Assembly: GCA_951406725.2 (NCBI GenBank)
Contig: OX597828.1
Location: 66,836,001 to 66,900,000 of the forward strand
Length of the DNA: 64,000 bases
Source of the DNA: Octopus vulgaris
Lineage: Eukaryota
Direction of reading: 5' to 3'
In this document: positions 24,782 to 36,887 of the stretch, piece by piece
How the letters are laid out: each line of letters starts with the position of its first letter
How positions within the stretch are numbered: position 1 is the stretch's first letter
The notes under the pieces: generated by a model
What the model saw: the letters and a program-made list of their open reading frames with translations, nothing else
Databases searched by the model: none
Told to the model about the DNA's origin: nothing
Program-made: the position numbers and the translations under genes

Positions 24782-25011
24782 TTAACCCTTTTGTTACTGG
24801 ATTTATTTTGAGATGCTCTGTGTTTCAGTTGATTAATTTTAAATATAACAAAGAATTTAGTAAAATAACTTAGTTATTCTTAATCTAGTGTTAGGAACGT
24901 AAATTGTGACTAAGGTTTAGTGGAAGATTTTAATTCAAAACTTATGGAAACAAAACATTTATGTTATAGAGCCAGAGGCGGTTTCAGCCGGGTTGGTATC
25001 AAAAGAGTTAA
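24782..25011. mobile_element. Second TTAA-flanked MITE family; partial copies at 1-143, 16250-16330, 43234-43460
   Basis: ttaa|cccttttgttac ... gtatcaaaagag|ttaa; interior is the reverse complement of 1-140. Confidence 0.72.
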
Positions 25012-25147
25012 AAACTAGAGAAATTTCTCAGTTTAGTTGCTGGCCATTTCGCATGGCATGATAGTGTCAATAGCAGAGCAAACAATTTTTTTTCTTCTTG
25101 AACGAATGAAGCACTTTGATATTTATTTAATAACTATTATTGTGCAG

Positions 25148-25214
25148 GTGTTGACATCCAAAGATTCACAGAGGACAATGCATACAAACATGAAACTATT
25201 CTGGGATTAGCCAT
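25148..25214 (+). CDS. NBAS: NBAS exon 21: GVDIQRFTEDNAYKHETILGLA
   Basis: gtgcag acceptor, at|gtgagt donor; strongly conserved NBAS motif. Confidence 0.95.
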
Positions 25215-26150
25215 GTGAGTTATTACTTATGCTTTTGTTTCTCCAATTATTGCAGACCTACTTTTTTTTTTAGTTTTATTGGAAGCACTTTTATTATGTT
25301 GGTTGTTCCTTAAATCTGTTGGTTGGCCTTTTACTCTAATATTAAAGGATTAATTGAAAGAAAAACAAAGCCAATGATATTAAGACCACAAATGATGGCA
25401 GCTCCAAAATGTCAATTATATCTAAATATTTTAACTGTAAATTATGTTATCAATAGAGTTAACCCCTCCAGGTCTATAACATCAATAATAACTAATACAT
25501 GTAGTAACGTAGTAAGGGATCTCAGCACCCAAGGGCAAAGGTATTTCTAGCACTTGTTGACAGTAACTCTTTAGCATTCAGATTATTAACCCTTTAGCAT
25601 TCTGTTTGTTTACTTTTAGAATGTGAGGCCAGATTTGGTTGGATTGAACATAAAACACATTTTCAGACATAGTCTTTATTTTGATTGGTGATCCTGCCAG
25701 TGTTGGTGCCATGTAAAAAGCATTCAGTCCACACTGTAAAGTGGTTGGTGGTTGGAAAGAAATACAGCTGTAAAAACCATGCCAAAACTGATCTCACCTG
25801 TGCTGGTGCCACATAAGAAGCTCTCAGTCCACTCTGCTGGGTGGCTGCTGTTAGGAAGGGCATCCAGCTGTAAAAACAGATGCCAAAACAGCCTGCTGCA
25901 GTCTTCTGCTAGGCCTGCTCCTGGCAAACTGTCTAATCCATGCCGTCATTGAAGATGGCAATTCAATGATGATGCTGATGATGATGCTAATTCAGTTTTA
26001 ATTCAGTTTTTTATGCTTAAACCATTTTTGGTGTTATAATTTAGCCCTTAGTATCCCTTCCCCATCTACTTTGCACTTAAATATTTTGCTATTCACCTTA
26101 AATTATCTTCATATTTTAATTATGTACATTTTGTTTTCACAGTTTATATA

Positions 26151-27351
26151 CAAGGTGAGCCAAAAGTCATGCACAAAATAAGTTCAGTATGCTCTGGAAT
26201 TGTCCAAGACATGCTTCAGTTTTTCTAGAATTGAATAAAATAAATAAATTAATTAATGATGAATACACATGTACTTGTACATGATGAACAAAATGAATAA
26301 TTATAATAATCATCATCATCATCGTTCATCGTCCGCCTTCCATGCTAGCATGGGTTGGACGGTTTGACTGTGGGCTGGCGAACCAGATGGCTGCACCAAG
26401 CTCCAATCTTGATCTGGCAGAGTTTCCACAGTTGGATGCCCTTCCTAACACCAACTGCTCCGAGAGTGTAGTGGGTGCTTTTTACATGCCACCGGCATAG
26501 GGGCCAGTTTAGCGGTACTGGCAATGACCTTGCTTGAATCTTTTTACATGTGCCAGTAAGGCGACGTTGATAACGATCATGCTCGAACGGTGCCCTTTTA
26601 CGTGCCACAGGTATGGAAGCCAGTTGGCTGCTCTGGCAACGATCACGCTCGGATGGTGCTCTTGGCATCCTACTTGCATGGGCACAAGTGCCAGTAAGGC
26701 GACGCACAGGGCCTGAAATTTTGGGGAGGAGGACTAATTGATTACATTGACTCTGTGTTCATCTGGTTCTGATTTCATTGACCCCCGATAGGATGAAAAG
26801 CATTTTTGACCTTGGTGGAAATTGAACTCAGAACGTAGAGACAGGCAAAATACTGCTAAGCATTTCACCCAGTGTGCTAACGATGCTGACAGCTCATTGC
26901 CTTCATAATGATAATAATAATAATAATAATAATAATAATTTAAAATTTTGCCACAAGGGCAGCAATTTTGGGGGAGGAGATGAGTTGATTGAAGATGGAT
27001 GAAACGTTGTTAAGACTTTTGCCTGGAGTTCTAATGATTCTGCCAGCTCACCATGTTAATAATAATAATGATAATAATAATAATAATCCTTTCTACAATG
27101 GGTGCAAGGCCTGAAATTTTGGTGGGAGGACTAGTCAATTACACTGGTGTTTATTAACAACCCTGAAAGGATGAAAGGCAAAGTTGACTTAGGCGGAATT
27201 TGAACTCAAAACATGATGGGTGAGATATCACTAAGCATTACATTCAGTGTGCTAACGATTCTGCCAGTTCACTGCTTTAATAATAATGATAATAATAAAG
27301 TAAAAAAAAAAAATGTCAGATGTTTTGGTGCATGACTTTTGGCCAACCTTG
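26151..27351. mobile_element. Tc1/mariner-type MITE swollen by nested SINEs
   Basis: TIRs ta|caaggtgagccaaaagtcatgcac and gtgcatgacttttggccaaccttg; interior holds family C (26310-26705) and several family B SINE pieces. Confidence 0.6.
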
Positions 27352-27460
27352 TGTGTGTGTGTGTGTGTGTAGTTGAAATTTACAGAAAAACAAAAGACGA
27401 ATAGAGGTGTATGAACAATAAGCAGGTGTATTTGTTTGACACTCTGGAAAGTGAAAAAGT

Positions 27461-27496
27461 CTTTTATATTTCGAGCCTATGCTCTTCAGCAGAAAG
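27461..27496 (-). ncRNA. Minimal hammerhead-like motif, A6C core variant
   Basis: minus strand: cttt-CTGCTGA-a-gagc(atag)gctc-GAAA-ta-TA-aaag; stem III palindrome ATAT. Confidence 0.65.
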
Positions 27497-27665
27497 GAAA
27501 GAGAGAAGATATAAATAAAAAACAATTGTAGGTTTCTGAAAGACAAGATAATCAACTTCATTTATTTATTTATTTTTAAGCTAATGACTACAGGTTTGTC
27601 GTACATTATCAGAGTATATGAAGCATTTTTGGGTATTTCAATATCAATGATATTTTCATTTTCAG

Positions 27666-27776
27666 GACGACTGAAGCTGATGTCTTCACTATTGCAATAT
27701 CTCTAGCAGAACGCTACAATCTATCACAGTGGGAAGTTTACATGACACACCTGGAGTTCCTCTTTTGTGAGAGTGG
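27666..27776 (+). CDS. NBAS: NBAS exon 22: TTEADVFTIAISLAERYNLSQWEVYMTHLEFLFCESG
   Basis: tttcag acceptor, gg|gtaagt donor. Confidence 0.95.
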
Positions 27777-29321
27777 GTAAGTTACTTTTAGTCTTTTATT
27801 TGTTTCTGTCATTATACTACAGCTGTGCTGGGACTCTCCCTTGAATAATTTTTAAGTCAAATGAATTGAACCCAGTACTTATTCTATTGGTCTCTTATGT
27901 TGAACCATTAAGTTATGGGAATGTAAACAAGCCAACTATGGTTGTCAAGCAATGGTGGGGCACAAACACAGATACACACACTGAGCTTTTTTTCAATTAT
28001 TTCCATCTACCAAATCCACTCTCAAGGCTATGGTCAGTCCAGTGGTAAGGTAAGACACTTGTTCACAGTGCCATGCTGTGGGACTGAACCTAGAGCTATG
28101 TGGTTTGGAGGCAAGCTTTTTATCACACAGCCATGCCTGTGCCTATAATATAAATTTTTATATATTTTCTTTTGTTTTTCCCAGTGTGCTAAAATAGTCT
28201 CTGTGTAGTATGCTACAATGTATTTGGTGTTAGGAAGGGCATCTAGCCATAGAAACTATTTCAGAGCTAACAGTAGGCCCTGACAAGGCTCTGGGGCTCC
28301 CTGGTTCTTGTCAAACAGCCCAACTTATGCTAGCATTGAAAACAGACCTTAAATGATAATGATGATGATGATGATATAATAATTGGCTTCAAATTTTTGC
28401 ACAAGGTTGTCAAAGTAGGTATTTTGACTTGCAGATAGGTTATCTGGAGAGTTACATGATTCTTTTTTAGCGAAAATATAACTAATATTTGTTAAATATT
28501 ATCAAATATTCACCTTTATTTCGAAACCTAGCTTATAAATATTAAAACATTTTTGCAGAAGTGACTTTATCAAAGTAATCTAATTGATAAATCAACTCGA
28601 AAGAAAAAAATCAATGAGTATCACCTTGACAAGAAAAACATCTGGAATTACAAACAGAAGAGAAAACAGATGTTACATAATAAGACTACTGATATACAGC
28701 TGTCTACTTCAGATCCCTGTGATGTTGAGTGAATAGGTTGCATCCCTGATTTTTGGTAATAAAATCGCAATTTTTGGTAATAAAAGTGTTATTTATCCAG
28801 GAGTATATATGTACTTATTTTATTGACCCTGAAGGAATGAAATATGAAGTCGACCCAAATAGAATTTGATATCATCATCATCATCGTTTAACTTCCGCTT
28901 TCCATGCTGGCATGGGTTGGATGGTTTTACACATGCCAGTAAAGCGGTGCTGGTAACGATCACGCTCGAATGGTGTTTTTTACATGTCACCGGCACGGAG
29001 GCCAGATAGCCGCTCTGGCAACGATCACGCTCGGATGGTGCTCTTAATATGGTTGTGTAATCAACTAATGAAAGATTCACTATGACTGAAGCTCCCAATT
29101 CAAATTCATAATAATGGAATTGGACGGGGACAAAGTCATGGGAATCTGTGAAAGTAATGCAACCAAAAGAAGAGATATTAGCCAAGTTCTTTCTTAGATA
29201 ATGTTTTGTATCCCTTCTTTCTGATCTTAAGGTTTGTTCTGAGACTTAATACTTAAATCTTGCTAAGATTCTTCACTCAGTCTTAGACTTCAAAAATTTA
29301 ATTTTAATTTTTATTTTTCAG

Positions 29322-29572
29322 ACTTAATACAAATATCTTAATGAAACGGGTTGAAAGTGCCTCTTTGATGCCTACCTTGCTTGAAAATTACGAGCAGTTT
29401 ATTCAGCGTATGCAGGACTACGTGTACCCTTTCATTGATGGCCAAGACCATTCACGGCTTACCTATTACTATTCATTACTTAGTAAAAATGAAACTGAAC
29501 ACTGGTGGGGTGAAGATCTTAAACCATCCGTTCATGTAAATCTGCTTAAGAAATTGCGTCCTGTTGCTGCAG
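29322..29572 (+). CDS. NBAS: NBAS exon 23: LNTNILMKRVE...YVYPFIDGQDHSRLTYYYSLL...HVNLLKKLRPVAA
   Basis: tttttcag acceptor, g|gtatga donor. Confidence 0.94.
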
Positions 29573-30080
29573 GTATGATGTATTTTGTTTTTATTCATTT
29601 AGAATGTACAGCAGTGAACTTTTGATGCAACAGATCTATAAGTAGGAGTTAATATCCAACCATAGATATTAATGTTTAACATAGGCCCAACACTACTAAT
29701 TGATAGAGACATAACTGATTAGATTTAAACCAGTATTTGACTTGTACTTATTTTATCTACCCCAGAAGTGTGAAAGGCAAAGTAAACCCCACCTCCAGTA
29801 AGATTTGAACTCACAACATAAAGGAATGTAAAGAAGTACCAAAAAGGAGGCTCATAAGGCTGTTTCCTTGGATTCTGTAGCACATATATTTTCTCTTGGA
29901 CGGAATACCAATTTGTCTCAGGGTTACTCATTTTTGTCAGTGGAGTGGACTGAAGTGATGCTGAAGGGTTTTTGGTCAAGTGGACTGAAGGGTTTTTGGT
30001 CAAGAACACAACACTTTGCCTGATCCAGAAATCAAAACCACAATCTTACAACCATGAGTGCAATATCCTAACTGCTAAAC

Positions 30081-30349
30081 CAGTGGTTCTCAACTTGGGT
30101 CCATATGGCCATTGGGGGTCTGTGTCATCTTCAGGGGTCCATATAAAATTTTCTTGTTAAAATTTATCTGCAATAAACTGGTTATACTTTTATAATTCAC
30201 AAAATATTTTAACAATTTTGTCATGCAATTCCTAATAATATTTAAAAATAAGATATGATTTTTATTAAACATTGAAATGCTGTGAGGGTCTGTCTAGGTA
30301 AAAGAAGAATCAAAAGGGTCCACAGGTATAAAATGGTTGAGAAGCACTG
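30081..30349. mobile_element. hAT (Charlie-like) MITE
   Basis: TIRs cagtggttctcaac / gttgagaagcactg. Confidence 0.7.
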
Positions 30350-30977
30350 CTCTGTACCTATTTCTTTACTACCCACAAGGGGCTAAACACAGAGAAGACA
30401 GACAGGGACAGACAAACGAATTAAGTCGATTATATCGACCCCCGTGCGTAACTGGTACTTATTTAATCGACCTCAAAAGGATGAAAGGCAAAGTCGACCT
30501 CGGCAGAATTTGAACTCAGAACATAGCAGCATTTTGCAAGGCGCGCTAACGTTTCTGCCAGCTTGCACTGTTCTATACCATGTTACTTTTTTATTGCTCT
30601 AATGATTCTGTAAATCCACTGTCCTTACTCTACCATAGATATTGGTTTCAAATTTTGGTACAAGGCCAGCAATTTCGGGGGGGTACAGTGGGATAAGTCA
30701 ATTAAATCAACCCCAGTGTTCAACTGATACTTATTTTATCAACCCCAAAAGGATGAAAGGCAAACTTGACCTTAGCAGAGTTTGAACTCTGAACATAAAG
30801 ATGGACAAAATGCCACTAAGCACATTGTCTGCCATGCTAACGATTCTGCCAGCTCACCACTTTAACTCTGCTAGAGATATTGAATAAAAATTTAAGCACA
30901 AACTGTTGTTTCTCTAAAAACGGTTGGTACATCTTTATGTTTAAGATGGTGACATCTTTGTTTAGATCACTGCTTCT

Positions 30978-31162
30978 TATTGGGTTGAAAAATCCTTTTG
31001 TATAGAAAAACTTTCAGGCTGCCCATACAACTTGAACCCACATCTCCTGTAGATATGTGATACAATGGTAAAATACCTGTCATATCTACAGGAGGTGTGG
31101 GTACAACTCCCCCATAGGTAGTCTTTGACTTTCTCTATTCAAAATGCTTTTTCAACTCAATA
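30978..31162. repeat. Degenerate palindrome
   Basis: tattgggttgaaaaa...cccacatctcctgtagatatg / catatctacaggaggtgtggg...ttttcaactcaata. Confidence 0.7.
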
Positions 31163-31235
31163 TTTACATGCTATTATTTATAACTCTATGTGAGCCTTGA
31201 GATCCGTTATTAAAAAAAAAAACAAAAACAAAGAA

Positions 31236-31583
31236 TTTCGTTTTTAGATTTAGTTTGCAAGATTCTTTATAAGTTCATGTGTTGAAGCATATTCTGTTGT
31301 GTTTGGGGAGAGTCATTTTCTTTTTGTGCCTTATTATGTAACACACTCACCGGTAGAATTTCCACTTTTTAAAAATTTTTATTGTCCTAAAATTTTCATT
31401 GCATCTTGCAACCTTTTCAATAGTTTTGACTCTTGAAACTAGTTTTGACTCTTCAAAACTATTGAAAAGGTTGCAAGACACAACGAAAATTTTAGGACAA
31501 TAAAAATAAGAAAAAAGTGGAAATTCTACTGGTGAGTGTGTTACATAATAAGGCACAAAAAGAAAATGACTCTCCCCAGAGAC
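31236..31583 (-). mobile_element. Fold-back element (PLE pseudo-LTR-like); single-arm copy at about 42883-43020
   Basis: about 135-bp inverted arms, left tail, 15-bp TSD aacaaaaacaaagaa at 31221-31235 and 31584-31598. Confidence 0.72.
31387..31495. ncRNA. Two minimal hammerhead-like motifs (U3-A8 core), one per palindrome arm: 31387-31423 (-) and 31459-31495 (+)
   Basis: plus copy: cta-TTGAAAA-g-gttgc(aagac)acaac-GAAA-at-TT-tag; the minus copy is its near reverse complement. Confidence 0.55.
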
Positions 31584-31796
31584 AACAAAAACAAAGAAGC
31601 TTAATATATATATTCAAATATGAAATAGAAGCAGCACTAGTGTAATAAACGTTATCGACCACACAATCTTAATGTACTGACAAACAAGCAAAGCATATAC
31701 GTTAAGTATGTGTGGTTAATAATGCTTAATATATATATATTTGAAATTGTGAAGTTTGTAGTTTTATTATTTAATAATAATCACATATATTTGTAG

Positions 31797-31915
31797 GTTT
31801 AGACTATAAGCTTCTTATGACCAGTGAAGATCCGCTTGTCACCGTAATCCAGCCAATCCTCAGCAAAGATAATGTGAACACAATTGCAAAACTATCTTCC
31901 AGAATACCATGCAAG
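31797..31915 (+). CDS. NBAS: NBAS exon 24: GLDYKLLMTSEDPLVTVIQPILSKDNVNTIAKLSSRIPCK
   Basis: ttgtag acceptor, aag|gtttgt donor; GL.YK.L motif. Confidence 0.92.
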
Positions 31916-32619
31916 GTTTGTTTTAGATACATCTTCACTTCCTCTTTCTGTCCATCTTTATTTTGTCTTTTGTTTTGTGAGTAAAAATTTGTTAAAGTGG
32001 TGCATGAATCCTTCAACAATTGGAGTTTAGTAAATTTACAGTTTCACAATTTGATGTGATTTTGCTTTCCAAAGATAGGTACCCCTCTAGTCTTTCTCAA
32101 GTATAACAACAAATGTTATAGCTTAAACGAAATATAAATGATGTATTGGACACAGCCGTTGCCAGTTCTACCAAACTGGTCCTCATGCCAGTCTTTACAG
32201 CTGTTGCCTACCTCCACCTCTTCTCTCCAGTTCCTCTATCTCTTGCTCCCTTCCCATACACTCTCACAACACTCAATTCTCTCACACACCTAGTCTCTTT
32301 GTCCTCACCCACTTCTACTTACCTTATACCTTGAGACCTTAACTTGAATATTTACCTCCTTGCAGCTATGACTAATCCTTTGTCACTCTCTCCATTAAAC
32401 GTGAGTAGCCATGTTAGCGCCTTCAACAATGGCCTTGCTCTGTCCCACCACCTTCCTTCATACTGGAACCCTCGTCTCCTTGCATAAAGCTGTCTGCCCT
32501 CTCATCCTTTGGCCTATTGGATCCTGTCAAACTGTCCAACCAATGCCAACATGGTATATGGATGTTAAATGATGCTGATGGTGTAACCCTCATCAGCTGC
32601 ATTCATAAGTTGTATTAGT

Positions 32620-32826
32620 AGAGGAACCTGGCTGATGTGGAACCCAACCTAGGCTCCCATATCTACGGCGTTCGCCACTGGAATAAGGAGTGGTTGGAGA
32701 TCACGCGGTCGTTAGCCTCAAATTGCCAGGTTTGGTCTGCGTTTGTGAGAGATGCAGCATTGAAGATGAATGAAACCAGCTGAACCCACCCCGGGTGAAT
32801 GCTGTGTCAAGTCAAGTCAGTCAGTC
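32620..32826 (+). mobile_element. RTE-type LINE 3' end with (AGTC/AAGTC)n tail
   Basis: DVEPNLGSHIYGVRHWNKEWLEITRSLASNCQVWSAFVRDA followed by gtcaagtcaagtcagtcag. Confidence 0.6.
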
Positions 32827-33060
32827 ATAAGTTGCATTAACTTCTATTTTAACAAAGATCAAGACTGCTTATTTATTTTTGTTTTGTATGTGCAGCATAA
32901 AGAATTTACAATTTGTTGTGGAAAACATACCATACATTTCACAGTAAAGACCATGTTGTTTATTAATTAAAGTGATTAATACTATGTCTGTATTTTTGGA
33001 GAGTGAGTTGTGTGTTTATTGGGAAATGGTTTGTCATTCTGCTTTTCTTCTTCCCTTCAG

Positions 33061-33156
33061 ACTGGTGGTTTTATCCGTCCTGGCATGGTGTATTCAATAT
33101 GGGCAGCTAAATCATTCTGGAGATCTAAAGAAACTCGTTCCAAGTTATCAGGGGAT
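33061..33156 (+). CDS. NBAS: NBAS exon 25: TGGFIRPGMVYSIWAAKSFWRSKETRSKLSGD
   Basis: cccttcag acceptor, gat|gtaagt donor; Y.IW..K.FW motif. Confidence 0.9.
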
Positions 33157-33485
33157 GTAAGTATTGTTGCTTTTGACCTAACTTCTGTGACTTCTTACAT
33201 CTTAATAACAAATTCCTGTTGTTGCTTTCCCAAAAAGTTGAGTAGAAAAAAAGAGACAAAATGGAAAAACTGAAAAAAAGTTACAGATACAAATAGTATA
33301 ATACAGAAACTCATATAACACATGTAAGATACACATACTAAAGACAGACTGAAGAAAAGAAAATAATTAAATGAGTAATAGAAAAAAGAAAGTAAATAAA
33401 AGACACGGATACAAACAGTATTGCAAGCCAACCCATATACACGCACACAAAAAATACATGTACTAAACACATAGATGTGCATAAG

Positions 33486-33994
33486 ACCTGTTGAGGCAAG
33501 TGAAATCATATCAAAAATCGAAATCAAATTCGATGACTGGTGTCTGTGCTAGTGGGGTGCAAAGAGCACCATACAAGTGTGATCATTGACGGAGTGGCTA
33601 ACCGGCTTCCGTGCCAGTGGAACTTAAAAGGCACCATTCGAGCGTGATCGTTACCAGCGTCGCACTACTGGCACTCGAGCCCCGTGCTAGTAGGGTATTA
33701 AGAGCACCATTCGAGCGTGATCGTTGCCAGCATTGCCCTACTGGCACCTGTGCCGGTGGCATGTGTAAAAGATTCGAGCGAGGTCGTTGCCAGTGCCGCC
33801 TGACTGGCCCTCATGCCGGTGGCACGTAAAAGCACCCACTACACTCTCAGAGTGGTTGGCGTTAGGAAGAGCATCCAGCTGTAGAAACTCTGCCAGATCA
33901 AGACTGGAGCCTGGTGAGGCATCTGGTTCGCCAGCCCTCAGTCATACGTCCAACCTATGCTAGTATGGAAAGCGGATGTTAAATGATGATGATG
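33486..33994 (+). mobile_element. SINE-like family C with internal modular repeats and (GAT)n tail. Copies include 3416-3790(-), 14330-14529(+), 15230-15722(-), 19648-19852(+), 21879-22258(-), 26310-26705(-), 38128-38455(+), 39535-39775(+), 43468-43695(+), 45160-45524(+), 47200-47575(-)
   Basis: shared ggcgttaggaagggcatccagctgtagaaac...ccatgctagcatggaaagcggacgttaaacgatgatgat 3' end. Confidence 0.85.
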
Positions 33995-34533
33995 TATTCA
34001 CACACATGCATGAGTGCACACAAATACAGATGCAAATGCATGTGTAGATAAGAATGCATACTGCAGAAAGACAGAATGGACTAAACAGAATAGGAGGGGA
34101 TGTGGAATGGAGAGTCACTGATGAGGCTACAGGATGTGTGACAAAAGATTTCTGGCTAAAGACACTAAAATACTAATAAATACTAATAAAGCTGAAGTGA
34201 AGACCAATTATATAGTGTGTGTTCAATTGACAAAATTATAACCATCCCCAATTATAGTAATTCTTACTAATTTCATTAATTTTGCAGTAAATTTAAATTG
34301 TATACATGGTAATCCTATATTTTATTCATCCAGTCAAATCACTTGTACATTTTGTCTTTCAAAATGGTCTCTGCTATTTACCTTATCAAAGATTGTCAGT
34401 ACCTAAAAAAAATGTTGTTTGCAGAAATACATCTCTGTAATCATGGTGTTATAAGTATGGTAATAACACATTTGTGTGTTGTTTGAGGAAATTCTTTGAA
34501 GTCTAATTATACTAAATCTCTCTCTTTGTGCAG

Positions 34534-34647
34534 GCTTATTGGCTCCAGCAATACGATGATTGTTTAGAGTTCACACAGAAGATGATCCCTGCTGAATTCT
34601 TAACATTTGTGGAATCCATTACATTTGTGTTGGCTTCAAGAGAAAAG
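34534..34647 (+). CDS. NBAS: NBAS exon 26: AYWLQQYDDCLEFTQKMIPAEFLTFVESITFVLASREK
   Basis: gtgcag acceptor, aag|gtcact (weak) donor. Confidence 0.88.
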
Positions 34648-36792
34648 GTCACTTATATCATCAACTCTCCTATTTTTTTTTTCTTGTTTCTATCATTGTC
34701 TCCATCTTTCTAATCCTTTCTCTTTCCTAATTTCTTTCTCTCTGTATTTACCTGTCTCTCCATTTTTTAAAATCTCCGACTCTCTTTCTGACTCTCTCAT
34801 TCATTTGAATATCTGTTTGACTCTTTGCCGATCTCTATCTTTGCTTCACTCTTTTGTTTGTTTTCTACCTCAAACTAATCTTTTCTACTTTGTGTGTGTG
34901 TGTGTGTGTGCGTGCGCACATGTGTGTGTGTGTGTGTGCGTGCGCGCGCGCGTGTGTGTGTGTGTGTGTGTTATCAATATTAGATGTTTGATTTTGTAAC
35001 AAAAATTTTTGCCTCATGATGTCATATTCCACATAGACCACTTCTATTTTGAAATTATATTCATATGTTAGCTTTTTGATATATTAGCCAAGAAAACTAA
35101 TGTTAACTAGTCTAAAAGTATAAATGACTGCCATTCTCTGTATTTTGAACTCATAACCATGGGTTCAGCATACAAGATAGAGAGAGAGGGTGAGAGAGAC
35201 TGACAGTCAAACAGATGAAGATGGAATGAGAAAGATTGAGACATTACTAGAAGCATTGAAAGAATGTTTTATATATATTTCTTTATTACCCACAAGGGGC
35301 TAAACACAGAGGGGACAAACAAGGACAGACAAAGGGATTAAGTTGATTACATCGACCCCGGCGTGTAACTGATACTTAATTTATCGACCCTGAAAGGATG
35401 AAGGGCAAAGTCGACCTCGGCGGAATTTGAACTTGGAATGTAATGACAGACGAAATACGGTTACGCATTTCACCCGGCGTGCTAACGTTTCTGCCAGCTC
35501 GCCACCTAAGAATGTTTTATATAGCTTAACATACGTATAGTTCTATTCAAATCCAGAATATGAGGAATTGGTTATGAGTCTGATGTACTTTCTAAATTTA
35601 ATTTAGCACAAGTAACTTTGGTTAATTTGAAACTAAAAGATCTTAAGCTGATTAAAATTGGAATTGCCATGTTCGTAATCTTCCTTTTTTTTATAAACTT
35701 GGTATTTTAAGACGGATTTACTTTACAGTACATTTATGCAAACAGATATTTATATGTCATTGTATGTTCCTTCTTGAGCCATGCCTGATTCATAAGGGCC
35801 AGTTTTCCAATTTCATTGGCAAATAAAGTCCCCCACCTGGATAGGATGCTGGTATGTCGCAGGTGAGCTGCTAGATGCAGGAGAAAAGAGTGTGAGAAAA
35901 AGTTGTGGTGAAAGAGTCAGCAGAGGTTCGCCATTACTTTCTGTGAGGACTGCCTGGAGTTTAGGTGTTTCACTCATAAATACACACATTGTCTGGTTTC
36001 AGATATGAAGCCATGAGTCCACTGTTCTAACCACTAGGCCATGTGCCTCCACGATATTTATATAAGCAGAATTAATTAATGTTGTAGTGAAAATGGTACC
36101 CTCCTACCCATGTGACAGAGTGTTATGACCCAACCACAATAAAGTCAGACAGTCAATCGTTGTAGCAGGTCAGTAATAGTGGATGCATTGGCCTACAAGA
36201 GTCCTGTGGCAGTGCCATGTAAGAGGCACTTGTGCCAGCGTCACATAAGAGCACTCATGCAGTGTCATGTTAAAAGCATCCAGCGCACACGGTAAAGTGG
36301 TTGGTGTTAGGAAGGGCATCCAACTGTAGAAACCAAGTCAAATCGGACCAGAACCTGCTGCAGCTCTCCAACTTGTCAGCTCTGGTCAAACTGTCCAACC
36401 CATGCCTGCATGGAAACAGATATTAGTGGATGATGATGATGATATTTAGAAGTAGAATTAATTGTTTAGTTGTATGGTGTATTGTTTCTTTCTAAAATAT
36501 TAGGCTGGCAGATATTTTTCCGTTTTCTTTATTTCTGCTTGGTACTGCATCATTACATGCCTGAAAAGAGTTTAAATTTATGAAGATTTCAAAAACGATA
36601 ATTATAGAGGAAGAGTAGAGCTACAAGAAAAAAATCCACTAAAACATTACAATGAAAAGAATTCAAATAACGTTGAGAAAGGATTAAAATGAAGGGGGGA
36701 AAAAATGAATGAATATATCTGGCAATCCAATACTTTGTTAATAATGAAGAGTTGTGTCACTGATGTATTTTTATTTCCTTTACATTTCACAG

Positions 36793-36887
36793 TTGACATT
36801 AAACTGCAGAGAAAATATTTTAAAGAAGGCTTTAAAGTATTGTCATCAAGATGAAGGAAAGAAGAAGAAAAAGCAAGATGACAGCAA
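36793..36887 (+). CDS. NBAS: NBAS exon 27: LTLNCRENILKKALKYCHQDEGKKKKKQDDS
   Basis: ttcacag acceptor, aa|gtaagg donor (phase 2 matches next exon). Confidence 0.88.

Noticed and set aside
26130-26160. Acceptor-like ttttcacag followed by aag|gtgagc as an extra NBAS micro-exon
   Set aside because: Exons 21 and 22 already join in frame with contiguous NBAS homology; the donor-like string is a MITE TIR.
28440-28740. Possible additional hammerhead remnants (gcgaaaatataac; tacagctgt)
   Set aside because: Core and stems are too degenerate to support a call.
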